From the NCBI GenBank assembly GCA_045545015.1, contig JAZQAF010000016.1:6303-70302 (forward strand): 64,000 nucleotides of DNA. Reading direction: 5' to 3'. Below the pieces are notes generated by a model that saw only the letters and a program-made list of their open reading frames with translations, did not search any database and was not told the origin of the DNA. The position numbers and the translations under genes are program-made. The stretch is from Ruminococcus sp. Its GTDB lineage: Bacteria; Bacillota; Clostridia; Oscillospirales; Acutalibacteraceae. Position 1 is the first letter of the stretch; the number at the start of each line of letters is the position of its first letter. Shown one piece after another: positions 58,039 through 64,000 of this stretch.

Positions 58039-59567
58039 GAGAATTCCTCCTCATTCTTTGCTGACTTGGTCATATTGAAGGTAACCAGTGACAGTGTAGC
58101 ACATACAAGGAATACAAGAATACCGATTGCAGCACCAAGACCGTAAAGGCTCTTATCAATAGACAATTTATACAGCAAAGTAATCAAAAGGTCGGTATAA
58201 CCCGCACCCTTTGCGTATTCAAGGTTATCAACAGGACCGCCCTTTGTAAGCAGGAAGATAACATTGAAGTTATTTACATTACCAATGAACTGGGTAATGA
58301 GATAAGGTGTTGTAACGAAGAGCATGTAAGGAAGTGTGATCTTGGTGAAGCTCTTTACAGGGCCGGCACCGTCGATACGAGCACTCTCGTACAGATCTTC
58401 GGGAATATTCATCAGAATACCTGTTGTCATCAGAATTGTGTAGGGAATACCTACCCAACAGTTAACAACAATTACCATGATTCTGGGAAGCAGACCATTG
58501 TTGGCTGTTGAACCGAGGAAGTCTATTGTCTCAGTTGAGCCAAAGAAGTTACTCAGAATCAGGTTCATGGGGCTGTAGTCATAGGGTCCGAGGATCTGAG
58601 CCATAAGGAGCAGAGTAACGAACTGGGGAACAGCGATGGTCATAACGAACATTGTTCTCCAGAGGCCCTTGAGTCTGATGCCCTTCTTGTTGATCATAAG
58701 AGCTACGATCATTCCAAGAATATAGTTACTGAATGTAGCTGCAACTGCCCAAACGAGAGTCCATACTACAATTTTGCCGAATGTAGCACCCATAGATGCA
58801 GCAGATGAATTGGAAGTCTTGAAAATTTCAGCAAAGTTCTCAAAGCCAACCCAACCAAAGTCGGCGTAATTTGTGCCGGAGAAGCCTGTGAATGCCATCA
58901 CGATCATAAACAGCAAAGGCAGGATAACAAAGGCACTGATAAGAATTACAGGTGTTGTAAGAAGAGTTGAGTGGAACTTGGAGTCCATAAGGTCTTTGTA
59001 GTCATCCTTAAACTTAGGAACTTTATGACCTGTCTTCTTGAGCTCTTCAACTTTTCTTGCAGATTTTGCGCTGACAAAATAAATAGCAATAAATGCAACT
59101 GTCAGCATAATGGAAAGGATACCGAAAAGCAGGATCTTTACACTGGAAACGTGAATAGCACCTGTCTGTCTGTCAACTACTCCGCCGGGGAGATAATTAA
59201 CGATATCGGGACCTTTTACAGCACGGAGAGATAAGAGTCTTCCTATGTACTCCGCACCAAAGGTTATCATATATACTATGTAACCTGCTTCGATAGCAAG
59301 GAACATAAGGCCCTTAACTATCTGACCACGGCACATATTGCCGAAGCCCATAATGAGATAAGAAACCTTGGTGAAAATATCACCACGGATAAAGCCCATT
59401 ACAAAGTTTGCAATAGCCTTTCCGATTCCCTTAAAGAAATTGACAATTCCCTTGCCTATACCGCAGAAGAAATTAGCAATACCTCTCGGGATTGATTTTA
59501 CAAAATTAGTAAATTTATACCAGAAACGCTGAAAAGGGTTCAGCGCCATATACTCGGTATATTTCAT
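58035..59567 (-). CDS. Maltodextrin ABC permease, MalF-like
   Basis: WTLVWA, YESARIDGA, NNFNVIFLLTKGGP, TDLLIT. Confidence 0.9.
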   Translation of the reverse strand: MKYTEYMALNPFQRFWYKFTNFVKSIPRGIANFFCGIGKGIVNFFKGIGKAIANFVMGFIRGDIFTKVSYLIMGFGNMCRGQIVKGLMFLAIEAGYIVYMITFGAEYIGRLLSLRAVKGPDIVNYLPGGVVDRQTGAIHVSSVKILLFGILSIMLTVAFIAIYFVSAKSARKVEELKKTGHKVPKFKDDYKDLMDSKFHSTLLTTPVILISAFVILPLLFMIVMAFTGFSGTNYADFGWVGFENFAEIFKTSNSSAASMGATFGKIVVWTLVWAVAATFSNYILGMIVALMINKKGIRLKGLWRTMFVMTIAVPQFVTLLLMAQILGPYDYSPMNLILSNFFGSTETIDFLGSTANNGLLPRIMVIVVNCWVGIPYTILMTTGILMNIPEDLYESARIDGAGPVKSFTKITLPYMLFVTTPYLITQFIGNVNNFNVIFLLTKGGPVDNLEYAKGAGYTDLLITLLYKLSIDKSLYGLGAAIGILVFLVCATLSLVTFNMTKSAKNEEEFS

Positions 59568-59698
59568 TCCCGAATCACTCTCCTTTTATCTAAGAATCGT
59601 TAGATAAATCTGACAAATAAGTTGAGAAAGGAGCAGCCCGTGCTCCTTAAGGACCGAGCTGCTCTCTTATTTATCAAACTCTTAAAATCAGGGATTGA

Positions 59699-61042
59699 TT
59701 ACTCGTCCTTGATGTTTGCGATACAAGCCTCAACCTGCTCCTTAACCTTAGCATCGGAGAAGTCGTTTGTGGACTCTGCAACATACTTACCGAGACCTGC
59801 AAGGGGATCCCAGAATGTGTTTGCAATACCTACCTGAGGCATGGAGTACTCGGACTGAGCAAGGATAGCCTTCATAGCAACGTTGTTCTGAACAAAATCA
59901 GAACCCTGAACTGCTACGTTAGAGGGACCCCACTCGAGCTTCTCAGCTCTATCCTGCTGGCACTCTTCACCGGAGAGGTAGAATGCGAGGAGCTGAGCTG
60001 CATAGGGAGCCTTGGAGTTCTTGTTAACGCCGAGGAACTTGTAGCCGAACATGTTGATCATCTGCTTGTCTGTGCCGTTAACATTGATTGTGGGAAGAAT
60101 TGCAAAGCCTGCGTTGTCACCGAGAACGCTCTTTACAGTAGCAACGTCCCAAGAACCGATAACACCAGCTGCAACTGTTGTGGGATCAGTCTTAACGCCG
60201 TCAGCAAAACCTACTGTGCTGATGTTCTCGAATGTGCCCTTGTACTGAGCAAAGAGCTCTGCGAAAGCCTTTGTTGTAGCAACAGCCTCATCGATGTTGT
60301 AATCGTTGAACTTCTGAGTAATGCCGTCCTCTTCGAGACCCAGGGTCTGAACGCCACCTGTGTAGAGATATACACAAGTGAAGTAACCGTTACCGGAGTC
60401 GAATGTGAACTTCTTACCAGCATCCTTACATGCTGCAAGGATTGTCTCGAGAGACTTAGCCTGCTCGTCTGTTACAAATCTCTTATCGTAGCAGAGGAAG
60501 TAGCTGTTGTCGCCTGTCTCGGGGTAAGCGTAGATCTTACCATCGATTGTAGCTGCATCAACGGAGCTAGCTGTGTTAGCAGCCTTGATCTCCTCAGCGA
60601 ACATATCAGCGTTGTTGATAGCCTGAGCGTCGATGAGCTTGTTGAGCTGATCGGAGGGGAAGCTGAATACGTCAGCTGCCTTGTCGGGAGCAAGGATAAC
60701 CTGAGCAGCTGCATCGCCCTCTTCCTGAGCTGCAACTGTGATGTTTACCTTGAAGTAATCCTTGAAAAGATCTGCAAACTTGTCTGCCTCAGCCTGGAAT
60801 ACTTCCATAGCCTTGGAAGGTGCCCAAAGAGTGAGGTTGATCTCTGTACCCTCATTCTCTGCAATGTACTTACCCCACTCAGCAATGAACTGCTCGGAGA
60901 AAGGTACAAGTTTCTCACCGCTACCGGAACCGTCACCGTTAGTGGTGGTTGCTGCCTGCTCACTGCCGCCACCGCAAGCTGCAAGGCAACCAACTGCCAT
61001 GAGAACTGCGAGGATGAGAGCAAGAATCTTTCTTGTTTTCAT
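59699..61042 (-). CDS. Maltodextrin-binding lipoprotein, MalE-like
   Basis: Start reassigned to ATG 61042 after AAGGAG; lipobox LAAC; ADVFSFPSDQL, GYKFLGVN. Confidence 0.88.
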   Translation of the reverse strand: MKTRKILALILAVLMAVGCLAACGGGSEQAATTTNGDGSGSGEKLVPFSEQFIAEWGKYIAENEGTEINLTLWAPSKAMEVFQAEADKFADLFKDYFKVNITVAAQEEGDAAAQVILAPDKAADVFSFPSDQLNKLIDAQAINNADMFAEEIKAANTASSVDAATIDGKIYAYPETGDNSYFLCYDKRFVTDEQAKSLETILAACKDAGKKFTFDSGNGYFTCVYLYTGGVQTLGLEEDGITQKFNDYNIDEAVATTKAFAELFAQYKGTFENISTVGFADGVKTDPTTVAAGVIGSWDVATVKSVLGDNAGFAILPTINVNGTDKQMINMFGYKFLGVNKNSKAPYAAQLLAFYLSGEECQQDRAEKLEWGPSNVAVQGSDFVQNNVAMKAILAQSEYSMPQVGIANTFWDPLAGLGKYVAESTNDFSDAKVKEQVEACIANIKDE

Positions 61043-61151
61043 GATGAAAAACTCCTTTAAAAAATATTTTTTTGCACATACGACTGTGCCAGTGTCCCAT
61101 CGCAAATTTACGTAGCTTTCACTAAATAAATATGCGCTTTTCACTAAAGTA

Positions 61152-61181
61152 ATAATACCACAAGAAAAGTACTTTTTTCAA
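61152..61181 (-). promoter_or_regulatory. SigA-type promoter of the malEFG-like operon
   Basis: TTGAAA-18-TATTAT with TGG (extended -10). Confidence 0.6.
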
Positions 61182-61565
61182 CTCCCTTTGTACTTTTTAT
61201 CTAAAAGAATAATTTTAAAAAGTAAAATTGTCTATTTTGACAACGTATTTTTAAGTTTATGGTTGATATGCTAAATTTACGCCTCGTCTTTTTGGCAATT
61301 ATAACGAAAACCTCTTTGTGCATTTTGTATATCGCAAAATCTAAAAACTTTCATTTTGAGGTCCTTTTTACACATAATTGTTCTTTTATAGAATTATTGG
61401 GCAAAAAAACGCTCAATTTACTAAAAATAGGGTAATTTTCACCAATTCACCATTCTTAGTCCCTTCTGTTTATTCCGAAGCTCTTCGTTGACAAGTCAAA
61501 AAAAAAGTTGTAAATTTATCATATAATCTTCCAGAAATCTCTATACTAAATATATATACGGAGGT

Positions 61566-63029
61566 ATGATGATGAAATTATCACAGTTGCTTTCTGACCT
61601 TGACTACACACTTATTCAAGGAAATACTGACATTGAAATCAGCGATGTCATATACGATTCAAGAAAAGTTATAGAAAACTGTGCCTTTGTGTGCCTCAAG
61701 GGTTACACTACAGACGGACATAAATATGCTGCAGATGCCGCCGAAAAAGGCGCAGGCTGCCTTATCGTTTCTGACGACGTATCTGTTTCCGAGGCCATCA
61801 CCATTATAAAGGTTGAGGATACCAGAGCCGCACTTTCCAAAATGAGCGCTATGTATTTTGGTGAACCTGCAAAAGAGCTCACAACAGTTGCAATTACAGG
61901 CACCAAGGGCAAAACCACTACTGTAGCTATGATCCGTTCCATACTTGAGTGTGCCGGAATAAAGACAGGCACTATCGGCACTCTGGGAGTTGTTATCGGA
62001 AATGATATCTTCAAGACCGCAAACACCACACCTGAAAGCTATGAAATTCAGCAGGCAATGCGCAGAATGGTCAAAGCAGGATGCAAAGCCGTTGTTATGG
62101 AGGTTTCATCCATTGGCCTAAAGCAGCACAGAACCGACAACATCCTCTTTGATTTAGGCGTATTCACCAATTTCTCTCACGACCACATCGGCGACAGCGA
62201 ACACAAGGATATGGAGGAATACCTGGCTTGCAAGGCAATGCTCTTCTCGCAGTGCAAGGTGGGAATTGTAAATATCGATGACGAAAACACAGAAAAGCTT
62301 CTCAAAAACAGCACCTGTGCAGTTGAGACCTACGGCTTCAGCGAAAAAGCTGAGCTTATGGGCTACGGCGACAGCCTAATTGCAAGACCCGGTTACATTG
62401 GCGTTCACTTTGAAACAAAGGGTATAAAGGAACTCAGCGTTGATGTTGCTATCCCCGGCAGATTCAGTGTTTATAACGCTCTCGCAGCGATTTCCGTATG
62501 CAGACATTTTGATATCTCCGATGAGGCCATCCTCAAGGGACTCGATACAGTGAAGGTAAAAGGCAGAGTTGAGGCTTACCCCGTAAAGGGTAACTACACC
62601 CTCCTTATTGACTACGCCCACAACGCAATGTCCATGGAGAATGTCCTTACCACACTCAGAGAGTATAAGCCCCATCGTCTCATCACCCTTTTCGGTGCAG
62701 GAGGCAACCGCCCCAAAGCAAGACGTTATGAGATGGGCGAAGTTTCAGGAAAACTTTCCGATCTTTCCGTTATTACCGAGGACAATTCCAGATTTGAAGA
62801 TGTGAATGATATCATCGCTGATATCAAGGTAGGCATCGACAAGACCGACGGCAAATACGTTATAGTACCCAACCGTGTTGATGCTATCAGGTATTGTATC
62901 GAAAATGCCGAGGAAGGAGATATAATCGTTCTGGCAGGTAAAGGTCACGAAGATTACCAGGAGATCAAGGGAGTTAAATATCACCTTGATGAAAGAGAAG
63001 TAATCGCCGATATTCTTAAAGAAAAATAA
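61566..63029 (+). CDS. murE: UDP-MurNAc-L-Ala-D-Glu--2,6-diaminopimelate ligase
   Basis: ITGTKGKTT, TTPES, MEVSS, DYAHN, DNSR (Arg of the DNPR motif kept), LAGKGHE. Confidence 0.95.
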   Translation: MMMKLSQLLSDLDYTLIQGNTDIEISDVIYDSRKVIENCAFVCLKGYTTDGHKYAADAAEKGAGCLIVSDDVSVSEAITIIKVEDTRAALSKMSAMYFGEPAKELTTVAITGTKGKTTTVAMIRSILECAGIKTGTIGTLGVVIGNDIFKTANTTPESYEIQQAMRRMVKAGCKAVVMEVSSIGLKQHRTDNILFDLGVFTNFSHDHIGDSEHKDMEEYLACKAMLFSQCKVGIVNIDDENTEKLLKNSTCAVETYGFSEKAELMGYGDSLIARPGYIGVHFETKGIKELSVDVAIPGRFSVYNALAAISVCRHFDISDEAILKGLDTVKVKGRVEAYPVKGNYTLLIDYAHNAMSMENVLTTLREYKPHRLITLFGAGGNRPKARRYEMGEVSGKLSDLSVITEDNSRFEDVNDIIADIKVGIDKTDGKYVIVPNRVDAIRYCIENAEEGDIIVLAGKGHEDYQEIKGVKYHLDEREVIADILKEK

Positions 63030-63050
63030 CATCCTTTAATCATCTTCATA

Positions 63051-63090
63051 AAGCAAGAGTACTCCGAAAAAATTCGGGGTGCTTTTGCTT
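63051..63090 (+). terminator. murE terminator
   Basis: AAGCAAGAGTACTCCGAA/TTCGGGGTGCTTTTGCTT stem. Confidence 0.75.
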
Positions 63091-63205
63091 TTATGTGCAT
63101 CATATATTCATCAGAACAATAATACCCCTCCCCCTCAAAAGCATCAGAAAACCACTATGCACAGCAGTTCCCCACAACTTACTCGATTATTCTCATCAAA
63201 AAGTC

Positions 63206-63234
63206 TTGACATACCACTCCCGTCGTGGTAAAAT
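63206..63234 (+). promoter_or_regulatory. SigA promoter of tRNA-Trp
   Basis: TTGACA-17-TAAAAT. Confidence 0.8.
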
Positions 63235-63274
63235 AATGCTCGTCGCAAAGTTGCGACACAAAATAACAATACAT

Positions 63275-63350
63275 AGGGGTATAGCTCAGTTGGTAGAGCA
63301 GCGGTCTCCAAAACCGCGTGCCGAGGGTTCAAGTCCTTCTGCCCCTGCCA
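63275..63350 (+). tRNA. tRNA-Trp (anticodon CCA)
   Basis: 76 nt; acceptor stem AGGGGTA/TGCCCCT, anticodon arm GCGGT-CTCCAAA-ACCGC, TTCAAGT T-loop, encoded CCA end. Confidence 0.97.
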
Positions 63351-63354
63351 AAAC

Positions 63355-63428
63355 ACAGGACATCACATTTCGTGGTGTCCTGTTTCTTTTATGTCAAAAG
63401 CCGCTTTAACTCTCGTTAAAACGGCTTT
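63355..63428. terminator. Two adjacent terminator hairpins (tRNA and convergent methyltransferase)
   Basis: ACAGGACATCAC/GTGGTGTCCTGT and AAAGCCGCTTTAAC/GTTAAAACGGCTTT. Confidence 0.7.
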
Positions 63429-63543
63429 CTTTGTTTCTATTCGGTTTTATCCCCTATTGCACCTATAAATTTAAACATAAGCATATTATACCGCTTGTAT
63501 ATATATCCGCAGCAGGAGTTTAGCAGGGGAATGAAAAATGTAT

Positions 63544-64000
63544 TTATACTTTACCAATGTAACAACGAGTTATGTATGGATAATCCACTACTCCATTTAC
63601 GCTATGCTTATCAAAAACTTCTGTGATTGCTTTTACATAATCATCGTAACATTCATCCCCCACCTTCGGTGCATAAGACGATGACAGATTACGCAATACA
63701 AAAGCTTCTTTATCATACACAAAGTTATTCTCAAATTCTATAAGCTCAAAGTCCCCTTCAAAAAAGTCCTTGAATCCATCCTTTGAGAAATCAATACCGT
63801 TTGATGAGCCTTTGAAGTTGGGACAGTATCTCTTGTTTACTTCAAAATTATCTTTGATAACTTGAGCATTAGTATCTCTGTCATTCCAAACAAGGAACAC
63901 TTTGCCTGTGCCATTTAGTATGCTTTTGCATTCACTCTTAAAGGAAACTCTATGAAACCAATGGAAAGCCTGAGCAACTGTAATCAAATCAATAGAATTT
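63544..64000 (-). CDS. Class I SAM-dependent methyltransferase, 5' end outside the window
   Basis: Frame open to the window edge: NSIDLITVAQAFHWF, FLVWN, SSSYAP. Confidence 0.75.
   Translation of the reverse strand, partial: NSIDLITVAQAFHWFHRVSFKSECKSILNGTGKVFLVWNDRDTNAQVIKDNFEVNKRYCPNFKGSSNGIDFSKDGFKDFFEGDFELIEFENNFVYDKEAFVLRNLSSSYAPKVGDECYDDYVKAITEVFDKHSVNGVVDYPYITRCYIGKV

Noticed and set aside
61043-61144. N-terminal extension of the MalE-like ORF
   Set aside because: The AAGGAG RBS and signal peptide fit ATG 61042.
63275-63350. UGA-recoding tRNA-Trp or an alternative genetic code
   Set aside because: The anticodon is CCA with a normal 5-bp stem, and TGA ends full-length genes throughout the window.
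63095-63409. ORFs 63095-63409 (+) and 63144-63356 (-)
   Set aside because: They are artefacts of translating through tRNA-Trp.
1-64000. CRISPR arrays, IS elements, integrases, rRNA, pseudogenes
   Set aside because: No spaced direct-repeat array, transposase or recombinase motif, rRNA signature or broken reading frame was found; all intergenic hairpins differ in sequence and behave as terminators.

Overview
Chromosomal segment of a spore-forming clostridial Firmicute (spoIIE, spoIIID, glnS+gltX, DAP-type murE; the lineage is inferred). Left flank (1-12.1 kb, minus strand): SDR, glnS, gltX, secA, an FHA-SEDS fusion plus class B PBP, and glmS. Centre (12154-46166): a ~34-kb surface-glycan locus. 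It has a divergent PglF-type dehydratase, an 18-gene plus-strand operon, a convergent 9-gene minus-strand operon, then spoIIID and a WcfR-like aminotransferase. It encodes one initiating phosphoglycosyl transferase and one flippase, but two CapM-like second-step GTs, two EpsG polymerases and two pyruvyl-transferase-family proteins. It also carries an unusual tailoring set: a GT4 fused in frame to an HpcH/HpaI-type aldolase, a D-2-hydroxyacid dehydrogenase, Ddl, a Cys-less Asn-synthetase-like ligase, a TupA ATP-grasp, CapA, and rmlACB plus an aminotransferase without rmlD. Right flank: a two-component system with htrA, a mecA-like gene, a maltodextrin locus split by spoIIE, murE, tRNA-Trp and a partial methyltransferase. 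No IS, integrase, CRISPR array or rRNA was seen. The best candidate for a new system is an aldolase/reductase route to a C4-branched first sugar. It would compete with a 4-amino (AAT-type, potentially zwitterionic) route from the same 4-keto intermediate. All functions come from motif recognition by eye; no searches were run.
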